Assembly (NCBI GenBank): GCA_963720265.1
Contig: CAVRET010000002.1
Coordinates: 71,602 to 135,601, forward strand
Reading direction: 5' to 3'
DNA from: an uncultured bacterium
GTDB lineage: Bacteria; Patescibacteriota; Saccharimonadia; UBA4664
Length of the DNA stretch: 64,000 nucleotides
Positions 1-10,962 of the stretch are shown one piece after another. The position numbers and the translations under genes are program-made. Below the pieces are notes generated by a model. That model searched no databases. It worked only from the letters and a program-made list of their open reading frames with translations, and had not been told where the DNA came from. Position 1 is the stretch's first letter, and each line of letters starts with the position of its first letter.

Positions 1-370
1 TGTTGTCAGTGTTGCCAATCTCGGTGTCACTGCTGTTAGCGTTGGCCACATTACCCGAGCCGTTGCTGCCGTCGGTTGAGCAACCGCAGTCCGAACCGTC
101 GCCGCCGACGTTGGTGTTCTTGCTGGCGGTCACGTTACCCGAACCAGCCGCCTGCTCGTTGAGGTTGCCAACTTGGGTGTCGTTCAGGTTGAACGACTGT
201 GAGCTGAGACTGTTGTTCAGCTTCACCTGGTTGTTCGAGTCAGCACCAGTGCCGCCGAAGCCGCCGGTGCCCGAGCCACCGATGTTAACACTACTGGCAG
301 CGGCAAAACCGGCCAGGCTCACGCTAGCCAAACCGATGGCTGCGTAACGAAGTACAGATGTCTTTGTCAT
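1..370 (-). CDS. secreted Asn/Thr/Gly-rich repeat protein, 5' part only (C-terminus lies beyond window start)
   Basis: Minus-strand ATG at 370-368 preceded by GAAAGGA. Translation is MTKTSVLRYAAIGLASVSLAGFAAASS... with a signal peptide, then NTNVGG and DCGCS motifs shared with the ORFs at 952-1617 and 47710-48570. It is absent from the ORF track because it has no stop in the window. The plus-strand ORF 3-347 is its antisense. Confidence 0.5.
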   Translation of the reverse strand, partial: MTKTSVLRYAAIGLASVSLAGFAAASSVNIGGSGTGGFGGTGADSNNQVKLNNSLSSQSFNLNDTQVGNLNEQAAGSGNVTASKNTNVGGDGSDCGCSTDGSNGSGNVANANSSDTEIGNTDN

Positions 371-433
371 CTGAGATCCTTTCGTTTAAGTTAGTTTATT
401 GTTTCTTTAGTACCGGGCCCGTAGGCCCGCCCT

Positions 434-949
434 TCAGTCCGACGACGACTCGTTGGTTGTTGAGCTGGTGCTAAAGACACTGGTACTAGAGAAGCTGCTT
501 GAGCTTCCATGGGTGTTCTGGCTGTTGCCATCCACCTGGGTCGAACTCCAACTATTTCCAGAATTATCAGCATTGTTGGAGTTCACATTCACATTCACGT
601 TGCGATTCCCGCCGGAATTGCTGTTGGCCGATCCATCCGAGGTCGAAACCGTGGTATCGTCGCCCGATACATCGAGCCGGCCACCACCGGGCAGATCAAC
701 ACTCGCCGAACCATCCTTCCCTATTGGGACTTGCTGGCCGTTAACATTCACACTAGTCGTAGTCTTAGTCCCTGGGGTCGCCTGGGGCGATTGCAACGGA
801 GATGGCGAAGTCGTTGCCACAGTTGACTCAGGAGCGCCGCCTTGGTCCGCCACTGCTACGGCCACCAGGCCAAGCGCCAGCGGTACTACCGGCAACAGCC
901 TCTGCAGAGTCCGTGGAATGTGAAGTTTCTGTAATCTCACCTCTCTCAT
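434..949 (-). CDS. secreted Ser/Thr/Asn-rich low-complexity protein
   Basis: ORF 434-1102 trimmed to the ATG at 949 (MREVRLQKL...), which is preceded by AAAGGAGGG with a 7-nt spacer. It has an N-terminal hydrophobic signal and an NVNVNVNSNN repeat. It starts 3 nt after the TAG stop of the upstream gene at 952. Confidence 0.5.
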   Translation of the reverse strand: MREVRLQKLHIPRTLQRLLPVVPLALGLVAVAVADQGGAPESTVATTSPSPLQSPQATPGTKTTTSVNVNGQQVPIGKDGSASVDLPGGGRLDVSGDDTTVSTSDGSANSNSGGNRNVNVNVNSNNADNSGNSWSSTQVDGNSQNTHGSSSSFSSTSVFSTSSTTNESSSD

Positions 950-951
950 AG

Positions 952-1617
952 CTATACCCTCCTTTCGTTGCGGCGACCGTAAAGTGCGCTGCCCAAACCA
1001 CCGAGCAAACTTAGCAACGCCGCCACGCCGAGCATCCCGGTAGACAGGCCGTTTGTCGCCTTCACCAATGACGCGGTTGGGGCTGCACTCGGCGCTTGCC
1101 AAGCCGCCCGCAAAGCCGACACATCAACCGGCACAAGTGCACCGGTTACCGGCAAAATCGCCGGCGCCACTGTAGCGGCACCCAGCACACTGCCGGAACC
1201 CACACCGCCGACCGGCTTGGTTACGCCGCTCACGGTCTTGCAACCGCAGTTAGCGCCACCCTGGCCCGACGCAGTGGCACTCGGTACCACAACGCTTGGC
1301 GCCTGGTTGCTGGTGTTAATCTGCGTCGTTGTGCCGTTATTGTTAGCCGCGTTGCCCGAGCCGGTACCACCAACGTTGGTGTTCTTACTGGCCGATACGT
1401 CACCGCTAACAGCTACCTGCGTATTGCCGTTCGAGACGCTCGTCACATTGAGATTCGTGTTCGAGTAATCGACCGTGTTCTCAACCTTGATCGCCTGCGT
1501 CGAGTCGGCGCCGGTGTCAGTAATGACCGCATTTGAGTCGGCCAAAGCCGAACCGGCCAACACGAGTGCCAGACTGCACGAAGCCGTCGTCACGCCCAAG
1601 ATTCGCATGGACTTCAT
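952..1617 (-). CDS. secreted repeat protein with an LPVTG-like motif and a C-terminal hydrophobic/RR tail
   Basis: Internal start MKSMRILGVTTASCSLALVLAGSALADSNA preceded by a strong RBS (AAAGGAGGAtatgcgATG). The signal peptide and the ALADSNA and NTNVGG motifs match the gene at 47710. LPVTG sits about 55 aa from the end and is followed by GMLGVAALLSLLGGLGSAL YGRRNERRV. Confidence 0.55.
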   Translation of the reverse strand: MKSMRILGVTTASCSLALVLAGSALADSNAVITDTGADSTQAIKVENTVDYSNTNLNVTSVSNGNTQVAVSGDVSASKNTNVGGTGSGNAANNNGTTTQINTSNQAPSVVVPSATASGQGGANCGCKTVSGVTKPVGGVGSGSVLGAATVAPAILPVTGALVPVDVSALRAAWQAPSAAPTASLVKATNGLSTGMLGVAALLSLLGGLGSALYGRRNERRV

Positions 1618-2718
1618 CGCATATCCTCCTTTCTTCAAAGCATTGGGGACCATTCCTACGACCATAAAAATTGGGTTATGTGGTTGCGGCGGCAACTCTA
1701 CATAACCCAACAAAAATGGTGTAGCAATTGAAGGAGAACCCTGGCTGGTTGGCGTATCACTGCGTGCTGCCGTGGCAAACCCACCCCGGCGCAACCAGAG
1801 CCCGTAAGAAGATACGAAGATGTCGAACAAAAGCACGGCCAGAGCAGTCAAGCCGGCAGCCACTGCCGGGCGCGGGATGATAGTTGTGTGCAGGACGAGC
1901 GGTTGAGGAACGGTAATCGCTGCTAGCTCAGCCGTCAGTCCTCCCAGCATGCCGTTGGACTTCGCCGGTGTCGGCGCACGAGCTGGTCCCGGAGCCGATG
2001 GTGCGGCCGGTGCCAGATCCTCAGTAAACGGCAAACGGTTGGTAATCGTCGGCTGAATTGGCAAGATCGTAGTTTGAAAGACCTCGGGCGCAGGTACAGT
2101 CTGGCCCTGACTCTGCGCCACAGGAGTCTTCACGGCGACCTCCGGAATCGCAGTCTGAGCAGAAGTAAGTTGCGGATCCGTAGTAGTAGCGTTTGAAACC
2201 GCCGATGCCGTCGCTGGAGTAGTAGTATCGCTGCTCGCAGGCTGAGTGGAGGTGGAAGTCGCTGCCGGGCTAGAAGCCGACGCCTCGCTCGTTGTGACAG
2301 GCTGAACTGCCGGTTTGTTAGTAACACCACCGGAAATAGCGCTGTTGGTATCAGTCTTACTGGAAGTTGTGGTTGTTAGCGTGCTATCGCTAGTTTGCCC
2401 ACCGGCTGACTCCGTCGGTGCAGCTGTTCCAGATGCGCCGACAGTACTGGGGTTGGAACCACTATTGTCGGCCGCAGCCGTCCCGGTTGAGTCCGAGTTT
2501 GCGGAATCAGCGGGGTCGACCGAGCTAGTAGTAACTTGATCGTTCGTCTGATGACGCACCACAGTCTGAGTTGTAGAGGTAGTTTGAGAAGTCGTGCCCA
2601 AACTGCTGCTCTCAGCAGCCAGCGCACTGCCACTCAAAACCACCACGGCTCCACCACTGGCGGCCGCCACTCCAATCGCAAATTGCACGAACCGAACCAA
2701 TCTCATTGCACCCCTCAC
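952..2718 (-). CDS. continuous 588-aa ORF: an upstream Ser/Thr-rich secreted module (TM plus RRGG near aa 300) fused in frame to the 952-1617 module
   Basis: ORF track. N-terminal signal MRLVRFVQFAIGVAAASGGAVVVLSGSALA and a long S/T-rich region. A hydrophobic LTALAVLLFDIFVSSYGLWLRRGG segment looks like the end of a sorting signal, yet no in-frame stop occurs before the next module's RBS and ATG. Confidence 0.4.
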   Translation of the reverse strand: MRGAMRLVRFVQFAIGVAAASGGAVVVLSGSALAAESSSLGTTSQTTSTTQTVVRHQTNDQVTTSSVDPADSANSDSTGTAAADNSGSNPSTVGASGTAAPTESAGGQTSDSTLTTTTSSKTDTNSAISGGVTNKPAVQPVTTSEASASSPAATSTSTQPASSDTTTPATASAVSNATTTDPQLTSAQTAIPEVAVKTPVAQSQGQTVPAPEVFQTTILPIQPTITNRLPFTEDLAPAAPSAPGPARAPTPAKSNGMLGGLTAELAAITVPQPLVLHTTIIPRPAVAAGLTALAVLLFDIFVSSYGLWLRRGGFATAARSDTPTSQGSPSIATPFLLGYVELPPQPHNPIFMVVGMVPNALKKGGYAMKSMRILGVTTASCSLALVLAGSALADSNAVITDTGADSTQAIKVENTVDYSNTNLNVTSVSNGNTQVAVSGDVSASKNTNVGGTGSGNAANNNGTTTQINTSNQAPSVVVPSATASGQGGANCGCKTVSGVTKPVGGVGSGSVLGAATVAPAILPVTGALVPVDVSALRAAWQAPSAAPTASLVKATNGLSTGMLGVAALLSLLGGLGSALYGRRNERRV

Positions 2719-2890
2719 GGAATCGGCAGTTAGTGTAAATTTTTTAGGACAAGCCCCAACCGCGTAAATGCACAGGCTTATCGAGAGAACAGATATAACT
2801 GTATCTGCACACTCTATACGGCAACATTGGACATTTTGCTAAAAGAAGCGTCGATTTTTTCAAGATTTACTGTAAGTTCGCACAACAGAG

Positions 2891-5416
2891 CTATTGGCCT
2901 TCGGTCGCAACGTCCACCTCAGGCTCGCCCACGAGCGCTACCGAAGCAACCTTGTCTCCTTCAGCCATCCGCATAATGCGCACACCTTGGGTCGCACGAC
3001 CAATAAGTGAAATGTTGGCCAGCGCCACCCGAATAACCTGACCCTGCGTAGACACCACCACAACCTCATCACTATCATTACCAATCGCGCGGACATCAAC
3101 TGTCTTACCGGTCTTGCCGGTGACGACCCCGGCCTTAATGCCGACGCCCCCTCGCGCATGGGTCGCAAACTGGTCTACCTTGGTACGCTTGCCATAGCCG
3201 TTCTGCATCACTACCAGCATTTCCATGCCAGCCCGCACAATGTCCATGCCTACCACCTCGTCACCGCTGCGTAATCGGATCCCACGCACGCCCCGGGTCG
3301 CCCGCCCCATCGGCCGCACCTCGCTCTCCTTAAACCGAATCGCCTGCGCCAGCGCGGTCGAAATAATAATCTCGTCCTTCCCGCCGGTGAGCTTCACCCA
3401 TTTAAGCTCGTCACCAGAATCGAGCTTAATCGCAATCAAACCGTTTGCACGTACGTTAGCGTAGTCAGCCAACGGCGTCTTCTTCACCGTCCCCAGTTTG
3501 GTTGTCATAAACAGATACGACTGATCGCTCTTGGCATCAAACGTAACGAGCGATGTCACCCGTTCGCCCTGGCCCAGCTGCAACAAGTTCACTACCGCCT
3601 GTCCCTTGGCCGTCCTGGACGCCGCCGGTACCTCGTATACCTTCAAACGGAACACCCGCCCCTTATTGGTGAAGAACAGCATAAAGTCGTGGTTTTGAGT
3701 CAGCACCAAGTGCTCCACCACGTCTTCTTCTTTCGTGGTCATGCCCATAATGCCTTTGCCGCCTCTGCCCTGACTCTTGTAGGTATTGGCCGGGATACGC
3801 TTAATGTAATTGCCGCTCGTGAGCGTCACTATCACCTGCTCATTCGGCACCAGCTCTTCCTCGCTGAATTTACCCAGCTCAGAGCCCACAATCTCAGTCC
3901 GGCGCTCGTCACCATACTTTGCCTTCAGTTCTTCCAATTCCTCGCGAATCACCCGCAAAATCTCAGACTCGCTAGACAGAATCTTTTCGAGCTCAGCAAT
4001 CAATTTTACAAGCTCGACCAACTCATCTTCGATCTTTTTACGTTCAAGACCTGCCAAAGTCCGAAGCTGCATGGCCAAAATCGCCCGCGCTTGAATTTCG
4101 CTTAAGGTGAACGCTTCGATCAGGTTCAGACGAGCCTCGTCAGTCGTTTGGCTGGCCCGAATCGTCTTAATCACCTCATCAATATGGTCAAGCGCAATTT
4201 TCAGGCCTTCCAGCACATGCGCTCGCTCCTTGGCTTTTCTAAGCTCAAATTCGGTCCGCCGCCGTACCACTACCTGCCGGTGCTTGAGGTATTCATGCAA
4301 CATCATTTCAAGATTAAGCACGCGCGGCTGCCGCCCGTTATCAACCAGCGCCAGCATGTTAACGTGGAATGCTGACTGCAACGGTGTCATCTTAAACAGC
4401 TGATTCAAAATCTTATTCGGATATGAATCTTTCTTCAGATCGATCACAATTTTTACACCACCGTCGCGGCTCGAGCTTTCATCACGCAGGTCGGCAATGC
4501 CCATCACCCGCTTGTCGTGCACCAGTTCAGCAATCTTCTCCACTAGGGTCGCCTTATTCACGGCATAGGGAATCTCTGTGACCACAATCTGTTCGCGACC
4601 CTTCTTGTCTTCCATGATCTCAGCCCGCGCCCGCACCACGATGCTACCGCGACCCGTACCATAGGCTTGCCGGATCGAATCCCGGCCATAAATCACCCCG
4701 CCGGTTGGGAAATCAGGTCCCTTTACATGTTTCATCAAATCATCCAGGGTCGCCTGCGGGTTATCAATGAGCTCAACGATTGCATCAGCAATCTCGGTCA
4801 AATTGTGCGGTGGAATGTTGGTCGCCATGCCGACCGCAATCCCAACCTGGCCATTTAACAGCAAATTCGGTAATTTGGCCGGCAATACCACGGGCTCACG
4901 CTTCGATCCGTCGTAATTTGGCCTAAAATCAACCGTGTCTTTCTCAATGTCGTTCAACAGCTCCTCGGTAATCGTCTGCATCCGGGCCTCGGTATAACGC
5001 ATAGCCGCCGGCGGGTCGCCGTCGAGCGAACCAAAGTTCCCTTGCCCGTCGACGAGCGGATACCGATACGAAAAATCCTGTGCTAGTCGGGCCATGGCGT
5101 CATAAATGGCAGCGTCCCCATGCGGGTGAAAATTACCCATCACATCACCAACCACCGACGCACTCTTGCGATACCTGGCTGTATGCCTGAGACCTTGCGA
5201 ATTCATGACATGGAGAATGCGCCGATGCACCGGCTTGAGCCCATCGCGCACGTCCGGCAGCGCCCGCGCCACAATCACGCTCATGGCATAGGCCAGATAG
5301 CTCGTTTCCATCTCATGCTCAAGCTTTTGCAGCCGCACCGTACCAATGTCGGTCTTAACCTGCTCAGGTTCCTCAGCCGGATTCTCTAACTCGTTCAGTT
5401 CCTTATCGTCGTCCAT
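2891..5416 (-). CDS. gyrA: DNA gyrase subunit A
   Basis: The 841-aa product contains [26 protein letters not shown] and [10 protein letters not shown], and its C-terminal beta-pinwheel repeats are present. It lies immediately downstream of gyrB. Confidence 0.95.
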   Translation of the reverse strand: MDDDKELNELENPAEEPEQVKTDIGTVRLQKLEHEMETSYLAYAMSVIVARALPDVRDGLKPVHRRILHVMNSQGLRHTARYRKSASVVGDVMGNFHPHGDAAIYDAMARLAQDFSYRYPLVDGQGNFGSLDGDPPAAMRYTEARMQTITEELLNDIEKDTVDFRPNYDGSKREPVVLPAKLPNLLLNGQVGIAVGMATNIPPHNLTEIADAIVELIDNPQATLDDLMKHVKGPDFPTGGVIYGRDSIRQAYGTGRGSIVVRARAEIMEDKKGREQIVVTEIPYAVNKATLVEKIAELVHDKRVMGIADLRDESSSRDGGVKIVIDLKKDSYPNKILNQLFKMTPLQSAFHVNMLALVDNGRQPRVLNLEMMLHEYLKHRQVVVRRRTEFELRKAKERAHVLEGLKIALDHIDEVIKTIRASQTTDEARLNLIEAFTLSEIQARAILAMQLRTLAGLERKKIEDELVELVKLIAELEKILSSESEILRVIREELEELKAKYGDERRTEIVGSELGKFSEEELVPNEQVIVTLTSGNYIKRIPANTYKSQGRGGKGIMGMTTKEEDVVEHLVLTQNHDFMLFFTNKGRVFRLKVYEVPAASRTAKGQAVVNLLQLGQGERVTSLVTFDAKSDQSYLFMTTKLGTVKKTPLADYANVRANGLIAIKLDSGDELKWVKLTGGKDEIIISTALAQAIRFKESEVRPMGRATRGVRGIRLRSGDEVVGMDIVRAGMEMLVVMQNGYGKRTKVDQFATHARGGVGIKAGVVTGKTGKTVDVRAIGNDSDEVVVVSTQGQVIRVALANISLIGRATQGVRIMRMAEGDKVASVALVGEPEVDVATEGQ

Positions 5417-5425
5417 CTTGGGTCC

Positions 5426-7525
<2,100 letters not shown>

Positions 7526-7594
7526 CTAAATCTCGTCCCATACTCATATTCATTAACAAAAACAAAAAGCTGATTGGCTTCGGCTTCACATACC

Positions 7595-7623
7595 ATTATA
7601 CCGCTCTCGGCTACCTCGAGCAA
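7595..7623 (-). promoter_or_regulatory. candidate sigma70-type promoter for gyrB
   Basis: On the minus strand: TTGCTC, a 17-bp spacer, then TATAAT, about 65 nt upstream of the gyrB ATG. A second TGGTATAAT lies further upstream. Confidence 0.4.
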
Positions 7624-7662
7624 CGTATCTATTATACCAAACAAAAAGCGTAAACGAACTAC

Positions 7663-7691
7663 TTGACAATTAATCAATAAATGATTATAAT
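7663..7691 (+). promoter_or_regulatory. consensus sigma70-type promoter, divergent from gyrB
   Basis: TTGACA at 7663-7668, an exact 17-bp spacer, and TATAAT at 7686-7691. It would drive the plus-strand genes starting at 7746 and 8153. Confidence 0.45.
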
Positions 7692-7745
7692 CATGCAACT
7701 CGTCAGCCCACTAGCCAAATCTCCCTAGGAGTGTGAACTGCACAC

Positions 7746-8036
7746 ATGACGAATGTTAACGCAGACCAGCTGGAGGCAGCTCAGCGCTCGCTCGACATCG
7801 ATCGAGCTGCGACTGAACAACTGGGCAGCCATCAGGCCGTTACGCTGATTCTGCTCGTGATAGCAGTGGGCGTTATGGGCTTCCAAAACATCTGGCTCCA
7901 GGCCGTCCATTGGCTGGCCATTACAGCCTGCCTCGTATCAGCAATCGTCCAGCTAATACGCGGCCGACGGTTGCGTCGAGGAATGCCCATGTCGGCCGCG
8001 GCTGCGCAGGACTTGATCGAAGCCGCCCGTGAGTGA
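7746..8036 (+). CDS. small two-TM membrane protein (hypothetical)
   Basis: The 96-aa ORF has two hydrophobic helices and sits downstream of the consensus promoter. Its RBS is weak or distant, so support is low. Confidence 0.3.
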   Translation: MTNVNADQLEAAQRSLDIDRAATEQLGSHQAVTLILLVIAVGVMGFQNIWLQAVHWLAITACLVSAIVQLIRGRRLRRGMPMSAAAAQDLIEAARE

Positions 8037-8152
8037 TGCGGTTTCACCGCGGGCACCCAAGCGGCGGTCGGTCGGGCATTAACGCTCTTCCGGCCGCCGC
8101 CTCGCATTTGAGCCGCTTTATTGCCCGCCGGTGATGTTGTATTATAACGCTA

Positions 8153-9682
8153 ATGTTTGAGAAAATTGTCTCGAAACTGTCGCTCTCGCCGTCGGCCGCC
8201 TCTGACCTGGCATTTTATGCGCGTCGGCTCAAGGCCGAGAGCGTTACGCGCACCTTTAGTGCCATTGCCGCCGTGCTTATTGTTGGACTGCAATTCGCAG
8301 TCATCACGGCCCCACCCACAGCTTCCAACGCCGCTTCGCCCAACGACATTATTTATGGAGGCATTGTCTCCAAAAATGATCTTCTTAACCATTACGACGA
8401 TAGCTCTGAGCTCAAAGCGCTTTACAACTACTTCGGCATTTCGCGCCAAGATATCGTCAACAGCAAAGTCACAACCATTAATTCTACAGACCACAGCTTA
8501 AAGTCGATCGGCCGCCTGCAGCACTTGTCCAGCGATCAAAAGCTCACCATTGGCGGTAACACCTACTGGTCACGCGGGCTCTACACCTGGGACACCGGTG
8601 CTAATGTCACACGCGGCTCCACCTACCAGGTACTCGAAGGCACCCGTTCCAAGGACGGTGGTTTCTTCGCGGTTATGTTTACCTGCGGCAACATCGTCTA
8701 CAAAACCATCCCGGCCCAACCGGCTCCACCGCCTCCGCCCAAGCCACCGACGCCTCCGCCCACGCCCGTGCCAACCAAGGCCGCGGTGGCCTGCAGCGAG
8801 CTCATTGGCAACGACACCACGGGCGAAACCGGTGGCCAAGCTCCGTTTACCGTCAACTATACCGGCATCGGCAGCGCCAGCGGCCAGACCATTACCGGCT
8901 ATGAGTTCGACTTTGGCGACAACGCCACGACAACACTACCCACCGGCCAAACCTCGCATACATATAATGCAGTGGGCACGTGGCTGGCCACGCTCCGCAT
9001 CCAAGGCTCAACCGGCACACTCTCAAGCATTCCCACGCTCTGCACCTTTAAGGTCAATGTTACGGCCCCGCCGGTCAGCTTCGCCCTCTCCAAGTCGGCC
9101 CTCAACTTGACCCAAAACATCGACGCCACCACTGCTCCCGCCAAGCCCGGCGATGTCATCCGCTACATTCTTGAGACCAAAAACACTGGCCAAATCGCGA
9201 GCAACTACACCGTCGTTGAGCACCTCGATTACGTTCTCCAATACGCCGACCTCACCGACGCCGGCGGCGGCACGCTCAACAATAATGTCATGACCTGGCC
9301 GGCCGCCGTCATTCAGCCCGGTGCCGTCCTCTCCGAGTCGTTCGAGGTAACGGTCAAAAACCCGATTCCAGACACACCCGTCGGCGTATCTGACCCGGCC
9401 AGTTACGACCTCACTATGAACAATGTCTATGGCAACGCGGTAAACGTCGCCGTCCAGCCGCCGATCCCGAAGCAAATCGAGGCCGCCTCGACCCAGCTGC
9501 CAGACACCGGTGCGGCCAGCAGCACATTAATAGTATTGATTGTGGCAGCGCTCACTCTCTTCTTCTACCTCCGCAACCGCCAGCTCATAACCGAAATCCG
9601 GCTCCTGCGCGGCGAACGCGGCGAATACCACGGACCGCACCACACCGGCGGACATCACCAAGGAGGTCAGCATCATGCCTGA
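8153..9682 (+). CDS. LPXTG-anchored surface protein with Pro-rich linker, PKD-like domain and DUF11/CARDB-like domain
   Basis: N-terminal signal anchor, a PPPPPKPPTPPPTPVP linker, an FDFGDN...HTY PKD-like segment and a DUF11-like repeat. The C-terminus is LPDTG followed by a hydrophobic helix and RNRQ, then an unusual extra 35-aa His-rich tail. Confidence 0.7.
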   Translation: MFEKIVSKLSLSPSAASDLAFYARRLKAESVTRTFSAIAAVLIVGLQFAVITAPPTASNAASPNDIIYGGIVSKNDLLNHYDDSSELKALYNYFGISRQDIVNSKVTTINSTDHSLKSIGRLQHLSSDQKLTIGGNTYWSRGLYTWDTGANVTRGSTYQVLEGTRSKDGGFFAVMFTCGNIVYKTIPAQPAPPPPPKPPTPPPTPVPTKAAVACSELIGNDTTGETGGQAPFTVNYTGIGSASGQTITGYEFDFGDNATTTLPTGQTSHTYNAVGTWLATLRIQGSTGTLSSIPTLCTFKVNVTAPPVSFALSKSALNLTQNIDATTAPAKPGDVIRYILETKNTGQIASNYTVVEHLDYVLQYADLTDAGGGTLNNNVMTWPAAVIQPGAVLSESFEVTVKNPIPDTPVGVSDPASYDLTMNNVYGNAVNVAVQPPIPKQIEAASTQLPDTGAASSTLIVLIVAALTLFFYLRNRQLITEIRLLRGERGEYHGPHHTGGHHQGGQHHA

Positions 9683-10262
9683 GCACGCACCCCAGCACTC
9701 TGAACACGGCGAGCATCACAAAGATACTGCTGAACTAAACTCATCCGAACAACTCGAACATGCCCAACGGCACGTCGAGGCAATGGCCAAATCCGGCGAA
9801 ACCGACTCGGCCGACCGCCGCGCTGAGCAAGCCCGCGAAATCATTCACAAGCGCGAACACGGGCCCGAACCTTCGCCCGCACCGGCCGCCGAATCCGAGC
9901 AGTCCCACGCCCGCCCATCGTTTACCCACCTCCTCAACCCCAAACTAAATTACACCGAGACCTTGGCCAGCATTCAGCACCGCCTCACTCCTATGAGCCG
10001 CTCATTTAGTAAGGTTATCCATGCCCCGGCAATCGAGAAAACCAGCGAGGCGCTCGAAAAAACGGTGGCCCGCCCATCGGTCACGGCCGGTGCCACCTGG
10101 ACCGCGCTCATCATTGGCTCCATCTTCTACTTCACGGCCCGGCGCTATGGGTATACGCTTTCCGGCTCCGAAATTGAACTCTCATTTGTTATCGGCGCCG
10201 TATTCGGCCTGTTCATCGAGTGGCTCTGGCGCACCTTCATCCGCCGGCCCCGCCACCACTGA
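9675..10262 (+). CDS. His-rich N-terminus, two C-terminal TM helices (hypothetical membrane protein)
   Basis: Its start overlaps the upstream stop (ATGCCTGA). It begins MPEHAPQHSEHGEHH and has two C-terminal hydrophobic helices. Confidence 0.5.
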   Translation: MPEHAPQHSEHGEHHKDTAELNSSEQLEHAQRHVEAMAKSGETDSADRRAEQAREIIHKREHGPEPSPAPAAESEQSHARPSFTHLLNPKLNYTETLASIQHRLTPMSRSFSKVIHAPAIEKTSEALEKTVARPSVTAGATWTALIIGSIFYFTARRYGYTLSGSEIELSFVIGAVFGLFIEWLWRTFIRRPRHH

Positions 10263-10298
10263 TAGCTTTCTTAAGCCAAATATGCTATAGTTGGCGGC

Positions 10299-10955
10299 AT
10301 GCCAAAAACAAAGCTCATCTTTTTTGATCTCGACGGCACCCTGATTGACGGCTACGAGTATATCTACTCCCATCTTTGGGACTATTTCGGCATCGACCGA
10401 ATACAGCCTCGCGCCGTCTTGCACCGCTACCTGCGGCAAGAAATCAGTTACGACGACTGGGTTGCCAATGACGTCCGTCTGCTCCAAACCGCCGGTGCGA
10501 CGAAAGCGAAGATACTCGAGGCTATCGCAACACTCACGCCCATGGCCGGCGCACGCACCGTGCTACCTCAGCTCAAAGCCAGGGGTCATAAGCTGTTCAT
10601 ACTGTCTGGTAGCATCGATCTGGTCCTCGAGGCAATGTATCCAGATTATCAAAGCCTTTTCGATAATGTTTTTATTAACCGATATGTATTTAACGAAGAT
10701 GGGCTCATTCAACATGCAATCCCAACGAAGTACGACATGGAGCGCAAGGCAGCCTGCATCATCGATACCGCCGCAGGCTACGGCATGACACTAGCTGACT
10801 GTATCTTTATCGGAGACAACGTCAACGATGTAAACGCAGCCCTCGTCGCTGGAACCTCGATCGCTTTTAACGCTAAATCCCACGAGCTCGTCCAAGTTGC
10901 CACACACCACGTTGACTCAAACGATCTGCGTGATCTTTTGCCACTAATACCGTAG
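10299..10955 (+). CDS. HAD-superfamily hydrolase (subfamily IB, phosphoserine phosphatase-like)
   Basis: Motif I is FFDLDGTLIDG and motif IV is GDNVNDVNAA. Confidence 0.75.
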   Translation: MPKTKLIFFDLDGTLIDGYEYIYSHLWDYFGIDRIQPRAVLHRYLRQEISYDDWVANDVRLLQTAGATKAKILEAIATLTPMAGARTVLPQLKARGHKLFILSGSIDLVLEAMYPDYQSLFDNVFINRYVFNEDGLIQHAIPTKYDMERKAACIIDTAAGYGMTLADCIFIGDNVNDVNAALVAGTSIAFNAKSHELVQVATHHVDSNDLRDLLPLIP

Positions 10956-10962
10956 CAGTTCC

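Noticed and set aside
3-347. Plus-strand 114-aa ORF at the window start
   Set aside because: It is the antisense of a minus-strand gene that has an RBS, a signal peptide and family motifs shared with three paralogs. Its hydrophobic, Leu/Pro-rich translation is typical of reverse-frame artefacts.
7526-7745. Chromosomal origin (oriC) next to gyrB
   Set aside because: The region is AT-rich with strong promoters, but I saw no clustered DnaA boxes and no dnaA or dnaN genes nearby.
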